Positions 6,244 through 18,783 of a DNA stretch of 64,000 bases are shown here, piece after piece; the first letter of the stretch is position 1; each line of letters begins with the position of its first letter. The notes beneath the pieces were generated by a model. The model ran no database searches and was not told the origin of the DNA. It saw only the letters and a list, made by a program, of their open reading frames with translations. Both the position numbers and the translations under genes were made by a program. Origin of the DNA: Planctomycetota bacterium (GTDB lineage Bacteria; Planctomycetota; UBA1135; GCA-002686595); NCBI GenBank assembly GCA_041398605.1, contig JAWKUK010000026.1, positions 1,207-65,206 on the forward strand. The letters run 5' to 3'.

Positions 6244-8040
6244 TCACTCTCCCTCGCGGGCCAGGCGCACCCCGGCGGGCTCGACCGGCCGCCCGGCAGT
6301 GAGCTCGGCGGAGACCCACTCGAAGACCCGCGCGTCGGCCGTGCGGCGCTCGGGCTCGCGCTTCTGCAGCGAGCCGAGCGGCAGCGCGAGGCGCGGGTTC
6401 TGCGCGAATGCCCCGCGATGGCGCGCGAGGAAGGCCCAGTAGAGGTCCGTCACCGGGCAGTCGCGCTTCGGGTCGAACGCACACGCGCCGCAGAAGTCGC
6501 CCATCCGAGCCAAGTACGCCGCACCCGAGACGTAGGGCTTGGTCACCATCGCGTCTCCAAGCGCAGGCGTCCCCATTCCGAGGACGTTCGGCTCGACGAC
6601 CCAGTCGTATGCGTCGGTGTAGGCGACCCAGAACCAGTCGGTGAGCTGGCGCGGCGTGACGTCGAGCAACGTCGCGAGGTTCGACAGCACCATCAGGCGC
6701 TCGATGTGGTGCGAGTAACCCTCACGCCAGACCCGCGCGGTGACGGTGTCGAGGCACGCGAGGCCCGAGGTGGGCGCAGGCGCGCCGTCCCACGCGCCCG
6801 GGAGCTCGCGCCACGGCGCGCGGCTGGACGCGCCGCGCTCGCGCGCGTCGGAGCGAGGCGCGGCGAGCGGCCCGTGGCGCGACACCTCTTGGGGCTCTGC
6901 TGCGACGTCGCTCCTGCCCGCGGCCGCGCCAGGATGCGCAGCGTGCTCTGTCTCTGTGGCGCGGGCTCCGAGCCAGAACGCCTGTGGCAGGGGGCGCCCG
7001 GCGCGCAGCTCGTTCTGCGGCAGGTCGCGCAAGCCGTTGCTCGCCGCGTGCACGTGCCGCACGAACTCGCGCCACCCCAGCACTTGTCGCACGAACCCCT
7101 CGCGCGCGGCGAGCGGCGCGTCGCTCGCGACGACGTCGGCCACGACCTCGCGCGGCGTCAAGAGGTGAACGTTCAGGTACGTCGCGATGCGCGCGTGGAA
7201 GAGGCCGACCTCTCCGGCGCTCATCGCGTCCTCGTACGCGCCGAAGTGTGGCAGGCACTCGGCCAGGAACCACTGCCACGCGCGCAGGGCGTCCGCGCGT
7301 GTGGTCGCGAGGCCCTCCAGGCGCTCGTCGCCGGGGTGTGCGCCGAAGCGCGCGCGCACGAGCGCTTGCACCTCGCGCTCGACCGGTCCGTGCACGAACG
7401 CCGGCGGACGCGGGGCGGGCGGTGTCCCGCGCCATGGCTTGCGGTTCTCCGCGTCGAAGCTCCACTTGCCACCGGCGGGGCCGTCGCCATCCAGCAGGGT
7501 CCCGGTGCGGCGCCGCACGTGCCGGTAGAAGCGATCCATGCGCCACGGCGGGCGCGGACCGACGGCCGCACGGAAGTCCTGGGCGGTCGTCAGCCAGCCG
7601 GCGTGCGGCAGCACGTCGAGGCGGCCGTCCGCGATGAGCGGCGCCAGCTCCTCGCGCAGCTCGTGCTCGGCGGGCTCCATGACGGCGAGCGAGCCGACCT
7701 CCGCCGCGACCCGCGCGAGCGGCGCCGCGAAGCCCTCGCCCTCTGGCGCGACCTCGTACCTCACCGCGACGCCCCGCTGCGCCTGCTCCAGCGCGAACCG
7801 GCGCTGCGCCGCGAGCACAAACGCCAGCTTGCGGCGGTGGTAAGGCCGCCGCGCCGCTTTGTCCGGGCACTCGACGAGGACCAGCCCGACCTCTTCGGGC
7901 GCGTGGTGCGCGAGGGGACCGAATCGATCCGAGAGCTGGTCGTACGGCGCGTACACCCAGCGTCGGCCGTCGGACCCGGCGCGCGGAAGGCGGTGCGCGT
8001 GGGTCGACGCGGCGTGTAGCTGCTCAAGGAAGGCCCCCAT
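6244..8040 (-). CDS. FeS-BCP type cryptochrome/photolyase family protein (PhrB/CryB-like, putative (6-4) photolyase)
   Basis: Family pattern includes YDQLS, KWSFDAENRKP, GAYEDAM, REGFVRQVLGWREF and GYSHHIERLMVLSN. The four-Cys pattern (LACLD ... DFCGAC ... RDCP) is typical of the iron-sulfur bacterial cryptochrome/photolyase group. ATG 8040 is preferred over 8115, which lies inside a tandem repeat. Confidence 0.8.
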   Translation of the reverse strand: MGAFLEQLHAASTHAHRLPRAGSDGRRWVYAPYDQLSDRFGPLAHHAPEEVGLVLVECPDKAARRPYHRRKLAFVLAAQRRFALEQAQRGVAVRYEVAPEGEGFAAPLARVAAEVGSLAVMEPAEHELREELAPLIADGRLDVLPHAGWLTTAQDFRAAVGPRPPWRMDRFYRHVRRRTGTLLDGDGPAGGKWSFDAENRKPWRGTPPAPRPPAFVHGPVEREVQALVRARFGAHPGDERLEGLATTRADALRAWQWFLAECLPHFGAYEDAMSAGEVGLFHARIATYLNVHLLTPREVVADVVASDAPLAAREGFVRQVLGWREFVRHVHAASNGLRDLPQNELRAGRPLPQAFWLGARATETEHAAHPGAAAGRSDVAAEPQEVSRHGPLAAPRSDARERGASSRAPWRELPGAWDGAPAPTSGLACLDTVTARVWREGYSHHIERLMVLSNLATLLDVTPRQLTDWFWVAYTDAYDWVVEPNVLGMGTPALGDAMVTKPYVSGAAYLARMGDFCGACAFDPKRDCPVTDLYWAFLARHRGAFAQNPRLALPLGSLQKREPERRTADARVFEWVSAELTAGRPVEPAGVRLAREGE

Positions 8041-8092
8041 GTGGGGCGGGTTCGCGCGCAGGTGCTGCCCGGACGCACCGCGCCGGCAAGTC

Positions 8093-8144
8093 GGTGCCGC
8101 ATGGGGGTGCCGCATGGGGGTGCCGCATGGGGGTGCCGCATGGA
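8093..8144. repeat. 13-bp tandem array x4 (GGTGCCGCATGGG)
   Basis: Three perfect copies plus one variant lie between the photolyase start and the AGCS stop. Confidence 0.9.
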
Positions 8145-8161
8145 GGGCCCCGCGCGGGCCG

Positions 8162-9604
8162 CTACCGTCCTGCGCCCGCGCGCCGGGCGTCCCAATAGCG
8201 CCGCGTCTCGCGCATCACGGCGTTCGACAGCAGGACCGCCGACAGGATCGTCGGGATCGCCATCAGCGCGAACATGAGGTCGATGAACGAGATCGTCGTG
8301 TCCAGCGATGCGACCGCGCCGGCCCCGATGCTGGCGATGTAGAGCCAGCGGTAGAGGCCCGCGCGCTGCGCCCCAAACACGAAGCCGAAGCACTTGCCCC
8401 CGAAGTACGCGTACGTGAACAAGGAGGAGAGGCTGAAGCACGCGATGCACACCAGGAGGAGCTCGCCGCCAAAGCGCGGATAGACCTCCTGGAACGCCGC
8501 CAATGTCAGCGCGACGCCGCTGCCTTGGACGGTCTCGTGGACCCCGGTGGCCAGCAGCGCGAGCGCCGTCAACGTGCACACGAAGAGCGTGTCGATGATC
8601 GGCCCGAGCATCGCGACGAGGCCCTCGTGCACGGGCTCGTCCGTGCGCGCCGCGCCGTGCGCCATCGCGGCCGTGCCGAGGCCGGCCTCGTTCGAGAACG
8701 ACGCCCGCCGCGCGCCGAGCACGATCAGGCCGCCCAACGCGCCGCCGAACATGGCCTCGCCCCGATAGTGCGTCGGGTGGAACGCGTCCTGCACGATGGC
8801 CCCGAAGAGCCCAGGGAGGGCGCGCGCGTGCTCGACGAGGATCCCGGTGACGAGCACGAAGTACACGACGACCATGAACGGCACGAGCAGCGACACGACG
8901 CGCCCGATGCGCACGAGCCCGCCGAAGATCACGACGGCCGTCAGCAGCGCGAGGGCGGCGCCGATCCAAGGGTGCGCGCTCGCCGCGCGCTCGGGCGCGC
9001 CCGGCGCGACCGCGATGTCCGCGATCGCGCGCGTCAGCTGGTTCGCGTTGAAGATGGGCAGGCAGCCGAACAGCCCCGCGAGCGAGAACCACACGGCGAG
9101 GGGCCGCCAGCGCGGGCCGAGGCCTTCGGTGATGACGTACATCGGCCCGCCTTGCAATTGGCCCAACGAATCACGGCCGCGGTACATGACCGCGAGGGTG
9201 CACTCGAAGTACTTCGTCGCCGTCCCGACGATCGCCGCGATCCACATCCAGAAGATCGCCCCCGGGCCGCCCATCGCGATCGCGACGGCGACGCCCGAGA
9301 TGTTGCCCATGCCGACCGTCGCGGCGAGGGCCACGGACAGCGCTTGGTAGTGGCTCACCTCGCCCGCGGCGCCCGGGCGGTCGTGGCGGCCCGCGAGGAC
9401 CGCCACGGCGTGCCCGAGGTGCCGGAACGGCCCGAGCCCGGAGCGCAAGAGGAAGAAGAGCCCGCCGCCCATGACGATGACCAGGAGCGGCAGGTCCCAG
9501 ATCCAGTCCGAGGCGGCGCGGATCGACTGAGCGACCCAGGCGCAGGCCACTTCATGCCACGGAGCGATCGAGTCCATGGCCGCGCCGGTCCCTTGAGCGA
9601 ACAT
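8162..9604 (-). CDS. alanine/glycine:cation (sodium) symporter, AGCS family
   Basis: Motifs GEVSHYQALSVALAATVGMGNISGVAVAI, GGPGAIFWMW and TKYFECTLAV. The protein is multi-TM throughout. An alternative start lies at 9577. Confidence 0.88.
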   Translation of the reverse strand: MFAQGTGAAMDSIAPWHEVACAWVAQSIRAASDWIWDLPLLVIVMGGGLFFLLRSGLGPFRHLGHAVAVLAGRHDRPGAAGEVSHYQALSVALAATVGMGNISGVAVAIAMGGPGAIFWMWIAAIVGTATKYFECTLAVMYRGRDSLGQLQGGPMYVITEGLGPRWRPLAVWFSLAGLFGCLPIFNANQLTRAIADIAVAPGAPERAASAHPWIGAALALLTAVVIFGGLVRIGRVVSLLVPFMVVVYFVLVTGILVEHARALPGLFGAIVQDAFHPTHYRGEAMFGGALGGLIVLGARRASFSNEAGLGTAAMAHGAARTDEPVHEGLVAMLGPIIDTLFVCTLTALALLATGVHETVQGSGVALTLAAFQEVYPRFGGELLLVCIACFSLSSLFTYAYFGGKCFGFVFGAQRAGLYRWLYIASIGAGAVASLDTTISFIDLMFALMAIPTILSAVLLSNAVMRETRRYWDARRAGAGR

Positions 9605-9657
9605 CGCGGCATGATGCGCGCTCGGGCGCGGCCTGGGAAGCGTTACCCTTGGGGGCG

Positions 9658-10359
9658 ATGGCCGACCAGATCGACTACCGCATCCTCGGCGAGGACTTCC
9701 ACGCCGTCGTGATCACCCTCGACCCCGGCGAAGCCGTGCGCGCGGAGCCGGGCTCGCTCATGTACATGGAGCGCGGGATCGACATGGGCACGTCGATCGG
9801 CGGCGGGCTCTTCGCGGGCCTCAAGCGCAAGCTCGCGGGCGAGGGCTTCTTCGTCACGACGTTCACCAACGAGGACCGCGTCCGCCGCGACGTCGCGTTC
9901 GCATCGGAGTTCCCAGGGAACGTCCGCGCGATCGACCTCTCGCGCGGCGACGTCTATTGCCAGCGCGACGCGTTCCTGTGCTGCGCCTACGGCGTCGAGG
10001 TCTCGGTCGCGTTCACGAAGCGCCTCGGCGCGGGCTTCTTCGGCGGCGAAGGCTTCATCCTCCAGAAGCTCTCCGGCGACGGCCTCGCCTTCATCCACGC
10101 CGGCGGCCACATCGTCGAGCGCGAGCTGGCCGAGGACGACGAGCTCCGCGTCGACACCGGCTGCCTCGTCGGCTTCGAGCGCACGGTCGACTACGACATC
10201 AAGCTCGTCGGCGGCGTGACCTCCAAGATCTTTGGCGGCGAGGGCCTGTTCCTCGCGCGCTTGCGCGGCCCGGGCCGGATCTGGATGCAGACGATGCCGT
10301 TCTCGCGCTTCGCGGACCGCGTCGTCGCGGCGACGCGTGAGGCCACAGAAGAGACGTAG
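9658..10359 (+). CDS. TIGR00266/AIM24 (DUF124) family protein
   Basis: MADQIDYRILGEDFHAVVITLDPGEAVRAEPGSLMYM... and GEGFILQKLSGDGLAFIHAGG are characteristic. The track ORF begins at TTG 9649, and ATG 9658 is preferred. Confidence 0.8.
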   Translation: MADQIDYRILGEDFHAVVITLDPGEAVRAEPGSLMYMERGIDMGTSIGGGLFAGLKRKLAGEGFFVTTFTNEDRVRRDVAFASEFPGNVRAIDLSRGDVYCQRDAFLCCAYGVEVSVAFTKRLGAGFFGGEGFILQKLSGDGLAFIHAGGHIVERELAEDDELRVDTGCLVGFERTVDYDIKLVGGVTSKIFGGEGLFLARLRGPGRIWMQTMPFSRFADRVVAATREATEET

Positions 10360-10465
10360 CGCCCCAAGAGAGACCGGCGGCGACGCGGAGGCTTTGACGC
10401 GTCCGCTCAGCCGTGACCCTGCTCGAGCGCGCTCGAGCGCGAAGCATTGCAGCGAACGAATTCCG

Positions 10466-11770
10466 ATGACACGCATCTCCCGTAGGCAGTTCAGCCAGCT
10501 TGGCGCCCTCTTTCCGTTCCTCGGCACGTCCTTGGGGCGCGCTCCATTCGTGCGCTCGGGGCCGCTGCGCGATCGGCCCCGCCTCGCGGTGATCGGGGTG
10601 TGGAACCGCGGCCGATCGAACCTCGAAGGCGTGCTCGACGCGGAGGGGGAGGTCAAGCTCCTCGCGGACGTCGATTCGAAGCACCTCGGGCTCGCGGCGA
10701 AGCTCGTCGCGGATCGGGGCCAGGCGGCGCCGCAGCTGATGGCCGACTGGCGCGCCGCCCTCGAGCGCCCGCGCGAGCTCGACGGCGTCGTCATCTCGAC
10801 GCCGGACCACCTCCATGCGCCGATCGCGTCCGCTGCGCTCGCGCGCGGCCTCGCCGTGTATTGCGAGAAGCCGCTGGCGCACACGGTCGAAGAGGCGCGC
10901 CTCCTGCAGAAGCTCGCGCACAAGGCGAAGGTGGCGACGCAGATGGGCATTCAGATCCACGCCGGCGACAACTACCGGCGCGTCGTCGAGGCCGTGCGCG
11001 GCGGCGCGATCGGCGACGTGCGCGAGGTGCACGTCCTGTGCTCGAAGAGCTGGTCCGACGGCCGCTACGGCGAGGCCAAGCCCGTCCCGGAGCAGCTCGC
11101 CTTCGACCTGTGGCTCGGGCCGGCGGCGGAGCGCCCCTACACCGAGGGCTTGCACCCCGCGTGGTGGCGCAAGTTCTGGGACTTCGGCACCGGCACCGTC
11201 GGAGACATGGCGTGCCACTGGGTCGACCTCGTGCATTGGGCCCTCGAGCTCGGGCGGCCGAGCGCGGTCACGTCCGTCGGCCCCGAGGTGCACCCGGACG
11301 GCACACCGGCGTGGCTCCACACGACGTGGGAGCACCCCGCCGCCAAGGGGCGGCCCGCGGTCGCCGTGCATTGGTGGGACGGCGGCAAGCGCCCTGAGAT
11401 CGCGCGCGAAGGCTGGAACGACTGCCACATTTGGGTGGGCTCAAAGGGCCGCATCTACAGCACCTACTCGAAGCACGAGGTCGTGCTCGACGACCCGGAC
11501 GCGGCCTACGAGGCGCCCAAGCAGACGCTCGCGAAGTCGCGCGGCCACTACGTCGAGTGGATCCAGGAGATCCAGGGCGGCGAGCGCACGTCGTGCCCGT
11601 TCGACTACTCGGCGCCGCTGACCGAGGCGGTGCTGCTGGCGACCGTCGCGTTCCGCGCGGGCGCGCCGCTCAAGGTCGACGTCAAGTCCGGCGCGGTCAC
11701 GGGCGCGGACGGCGTCGAGGCGCTGCTGACGAAGTCGTACCGCGCGGGCTTCGGCTTGACCACGGCCTGA
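10466..11770 (+). CDS. Gfo/Idh/MocA family oxidoreductase with Tat signal
   Basis: Start at ATG 10466 (MTRISRRQFSQLG, twin-arginine). Motifs LAVIGVWNRG, VVISTPDHLH and YCEKPLAH. The upstream part of the 512-aa ORF is Arg-rich junk. Confidence 0.8.
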   Translation: MTRISRRQFSQLGALFPFLGTSLGRAPFVRSGPLRDRPRLAVIGVWNRGRSNLEGVLDAEGEVKLLADVDSKHLGLAAKLVADRGQAAPQLMADWRAALERPRELDGVVISTPDHLHAPIASAALARGLAVYCEKPLAHTVEEARLLQKLAHKAKVATQMGIQIHAGDNYRRVVEAVRGGAIGDVREVHVLCSKSWSDGRYGEAKPVPEQLAFDLWLGPAAERPYTEGLHPAWWRKFWDFGTGTVGDMACHWVDLVHWALELGRPSAVTSVGPEVHPDGTPAWLHTTWEHPAAKGRPAVAVHWWDGGKRPEIAREGWNDCHIWVGSKGRIYSTYSKHEVVLDDPDAAYEAPKQTLAKSRGHYVEWIQEIQGGERTSCPFDYSAPLTEAVLLATVAFRAGAPLKVDVKSGAVTGADGVEALLTKSYRAGFGLTTA

Positions 11771-11801
11771 GCGGCAGCGGCCACAGGCTGCGCGGCGCGC
11801 G

Positions 11802-12416
11802 TCACGCGTCCGCGAGCAGGTGCGCCGGCAAGTCTGACTCCGCGAGGCGCGCGCGCAGCCGCTGCCAGCGCTTCGCCACGGCCTCAAGCGAGAGGCCGAG
11901 GCGCGGCGCGACCTCCTTGTACGACAGGCCCTCGAGCCCGCAGTGGAGGACGAGCTTCTGCTCTTCCGGCGGCAGGGACGCGACCGTGGCGCGGAAGCGC
12001 GCCAGGCCCTCATCGCGCGCGAGCCGCATCGACACCCCTGTGATGCTGTCGGCGAGCGCGTCGAGGGCGCGCAGCCGCTCGCTGGAGCCGCTGCCAACGC
12101 GCTCGGCGCGCTGGCTCTGCCGCGTGGCCTCCAAGAGCACGTTCTTCGCGATCCTGAAGATCCAGAACCGGAACGGGGTCGACTCGGAGTCAAACCCCTC
12201 CAACTGCCGCCACGCGCGGAACCAGACCTCCTGCACGAGGTCGCCTGGCTCGATCACGGCGCGCTGCTCGGGCCGGATGCGGAGCTCTGCCCAGGTGTGC
12301 AGCGCGGGCGCGATGTGCTCGTAGAGCCGCGCAAAGCCGTCCGCGTCGCCGCCCTGGGCTTCGGACAGCCACTGCGCGGTCACGCCGTCGAGCTCCTCGC
12401 GCGGGGGTCGTTCCAC
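11802..12416 (-). CDS. ECF-type RNA polymerase sigma-70 family factor
   Basis: Region 2 is DLVQEVWFRAWRQLEGFD..FRFWIFRIAKN. Region 4 is LSYKEVAPRLGLSLEAVAKRWQRLRARL. GTG start. No adjacent anti-sigma ORF. Confidence 0.85.
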   Translation of the reverse strand: MERPPREELDGVTAQWLSEAQGGDADGFARLYEHIAPALHTWAELRIRPEQRAVIEPGDLVQEVWFRAWRQLEGFDSESTPFRFWIFRIAKNVLLEATRQSQRAERVGSGSSERLRALDALADSITGVSMRLARDEGLARFRATVASLPPEEQKLVLHCGLEGLSYKEVAPRLGLSLEAVAKRWQRLRARLAESDLPAHLLADA

Positions 12417-12548
12417 GGGGCCATCCTACCCCGTTCCGGCGCACACGCTTGGGCCGACCCCGTTCTGGCGCAAGCGCCTGGACCGCGCCTCGGCAACGTC
12501 GCCGCGGCGTAGGGCCTCGGGAGGCGCGGGGGCTATCCTCGGGGAGGC

Positions 12549-16454
<3,906 letters not shown>

Positions 16455-16486
16455 CCGGAGCCCCGAGATGGGAATCCCTTGCCGGG

Positions 16487-16528
16487 AGTCCAGTGACGGG
16501 AATCCAGTGACGGGAATCCAGTGACGGG
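16487..16528 (+). repeat. 14-bp tandem array x3 (AATCCAGTGACGGG)
   Basis: One variant plus two perfect copies lie in the 233-bp spacer between the kinase gene and the first secreted paralog. A related GGGAATCCC lies at about 16470. Confidence 0.9.
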
Positions 16529-16687
16529 ACGTGTGCAGCGGCTCCCGCGAGCCCGCAGCGGAGAGTCTCGCAGATTTCTGTCCAGGCGCGCCCGGTGGGC
16601 TCACTTGGAAGGGAACACGCAGCGGCCCGTGCAGGCCGTGCGACCCCCTTCGAGACCCGAACCCGCCTCCACGAGGCCCTCCGCGCC

Positions 16688-18451
16688 ATGCAGATCCTTC
16701 GTTCCGCAGCCACGACGTTTGTCGCCGCGCTCGCCCTGCCGCTCCTCGCTGGAGAGGCCTCCGCGCAGACCCGTTACCTCTTCTCGATCGATTGGCAAGG
16801 CGCCACCGTCGGTATGCCGTCGGTCAGCGGCGCGCCGATCACCGAGGGCGACATCCTCGCGCCGAGCACCGGCACCTCGATGCCTGCGCTCGCCGCGCCG
16901 GCGCCGCCGATGATCGCGATCCCGCACGGGCTGGGCGGCCTCGGCCTGGCGACGGGCTGCGCCGGTCACGCGGGCGGCACCCCGTGCAACATCGAGGTCG
17001 ACGCGCTGTCCCGCGGCATCGACTTCCGCTTCCAGCCGAACGTGCCGATCCGTCCTGGTCAGATCCTGTTCTCGGTCGACGAGTACGCGGTCGGGCTGCC
17101 GGCCGGCCCGATGCCGAACGTCGTCAGCGAAGCGCCCTTCGGCGACGGCGCTGCGGACAGCTTCGTCAACCTGGGCCTGATGCCGCCGGCGCCCCTCTCG
17201 CCGATGTTCGGCCGCCACGTCGGCGTGCAGGACGGCGACGGCTTCGCCTCGGGGTCGGGTTACACCTACCCGGGCGTCGGCATCCGCGAGCCGATCGTCG
17301 CGGCGCCGGGCCCGTTCAACGGCGGCGACAACATCGACGCGCTCGACGCCGTCGAGCCGGTCGCTGGAACCACGTTCATCGGGACGTTCTTCAGCCTCGA
17401 CTCGAGCTTCCCCGACTTCATGGACCTCGTGCCGAACACGGGCTCGGCCATCGCGCACGGCTTTGTCGGCGGTGACGTGCTCGTCGCGACGTCCGCCGGG
17501 ACGATGGTCTACGCGCCGGCGACGATGCTCGGCCTCGACCTCATCGGCGGGCCGGACTCCGACGACCTCGACGCGCTGATCCTCGCCGAGACGGGCGCGC
17601 CGGGCTACCAGCCCTCGTTCCAGCCCTACGATTGGATGTCGCCGAACGCGGACATGCTGATCTTCTCGGTGCGCCGCGGCTCGGCCGTCATCGGGATGCC
17701 CGACAGCATGTTCGGCCTGCCGATCCAAGAGGGTGACCTCCTGATCCCGCCGATCCCGACCGCGCTCGGCGGGGTCTCGCCCTTCCCCGCGATCTTCATC
17801 GCCGCGGAGAACCTCGGCCTCTCGACGCTGCGCTTTGCCGGCACCGCCGACGACCTCTGCGCCGCGGACGCCTTGCACCGGCACCTCTTCGACTGCGACG
17901 GGGACGGCGTCGAGGACGCGATCGGCATCGCCGCCTTCGGGGTCGCGGACACGAACATGGACGGGGTGCCGGACTCCTGTGTCTCGGGCCCGGTCGGCAC
18001 GCCGTACTGCTTCTGCACCGCCGCCGCCTCGCCCTGTGGGAACGCGTACGCCCTCGGCGGGTGCCTCAACGCGACCGGCACCGGCGCGGTCCTCTCGGGC
18101 TCGGGTTCGACGAGCGTCGGCGCGGACAACCTCGTGTTGACGACGACGGGGATGAACCCCGGCGGCTTTGCCCTGAGCTTCATGAGCGTCGGGATGGTCG
18201 GTCCGCTGCCGGTCCAGAACGGTCTGCTCTGCGCTGGTCCGAGCATCTGGCGCCTCGGCCTCTACCCGACTGGTCCCGGGACGGCGAGCTTTGGGCCGGG
18301 CCTCGTCGCTCTGACCGCGGGCAACCCGCCGGCTGGCCAGATCACGGCCTTCGCCACCTGGAACTTCCAGACCTGGTACCGCGACCTCGGCGGCCCCTGC
18401 GGCGGCGCCTCGAACTTCTCGAACGCGCTCACGGTGACCTTCGTGCCCTGA
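16688..18451 (+). CDS. secreted protein of unrecognised family, tandem paralog 1 (FSxDWQG/ITEGDIL modules + acidic DxDGxGVxD/NxDGVPDxC motif + C-terminal QxWYRD domain)
   Basis: Start at ATG 16688 with signal peptide MQILRSAATTFVAALALPLLAGEASAQ. Composition is strongly coding-like. It is collinear with the next gene over its whole length. Confidence 0.8.
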   Translation: MQILRSAATTFVAALALPLLAGEASAQTRYLFSIDWQGATVGMPSVSGAPITEGDILAPSTGTSMPALAAPAPPMIAIPHGLGGLGLATGCAGHAGGTPCNIEVDALSRGIDFRFQPNVPIRPGQILFSVDEYAVGLPAGPMPNVVSEAPFGDGAADSFVNLGLMPPAPLSPMFGRHVGVQDGDGFASGSGYTYPGVGIREPIVAAPGPFNGGDNIDALDAVEPVAGTTFIGTFFSLDSSFPDFMDLVPNTGSAIAHGFVGGDVLVATSAGTMVYAPATMLGLDLIGGPDSDDLDALILAETGAPGYQPSFQPYDWMSPNADMLIFSVRRGSAVIGMPDSMFGLPIQEGDLLIPPIPTALGGVSPFPAIFIAAENLGLSTLRFAGTADDLCAADALHRHLFDCDGDGVEDAIGIAAFGVADTNMDGVPDSCVSGPVGTPYCFCTAAASPCGNAYALGGCLNATGTGAVLSGSGSTSVGADNLVLTTTGMNPGGFALSFMSVGMVGPLPVQNGLLCAGPSIWRLGLYPTGPGTASFGPGLVALTAGNPPAGQITAFATWNFQTWYRDLGGPCGGASNFSNALTVTFVP

Positions 18452-18783
18452 GCGGGATGGACGGATCGCAGACCGCCTCACACGGGGCGGGTCGGACCCC
18501 CGCTCGCCCCGGGGTCCACGTGTCCCGCCCGGCGACCCTTCGATGCAGCCCCCAGCGGGGCACGGAGGGCGCCGGGCGGGCGCGTTTCTTCGATTCCCGG
18601 TCCAGAAGCCGGCGGCGCGTGCATTTGGGTGCGGGGGGCCTGCGCCGAGCGAGGCTGTCCATTCCCGAGACGCCTCTCCGCAGCGAAATGGAACCTGGAC
18701 CGCGCTGCGACGCTCCACTTGTGCGCCTTCGAGCGGAGCGGCGCTCGCACCCGTAGACTCGAACAGCCCACCTGCACACTGCC

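Noticed and set aside
2043-8019. Long overlapping ORFs 2043..3548(-), 2576..5014(+), 5374..8019(+) and 6722..7870(-)
   Set aside because: They overlap motif-supported genes (methyltransferases, PhyH, amidase, photolyase) in other frames. Composition is low-complexity Arg/Pro/Ala with no family signatures.
8041-8115. Photolyase start at ATG 8115 as given by the ORF track
   Set aside because: That ATG lies inside the 13-bp tandem array, and the added 25 residues (MRHPHAAPTCRRGASGQHLRANPPH) are repeat- or Arg-rich. ATG 8040 gives an N-terminus closer to the conserved region, though the start remains unverified.
16469-18700. ECF-type promoters (GGAAC/GGAAT -35 cores) upstream of the two secreted paralogs
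   Set aside because: GGAAT/GGAAC cores are present (16470-16528, about 16613, about 18690). However, no CGT-type -10 lies at the canonical 16-17 nt spacing in any case, so I cannot support a promoter call from sequence alone.
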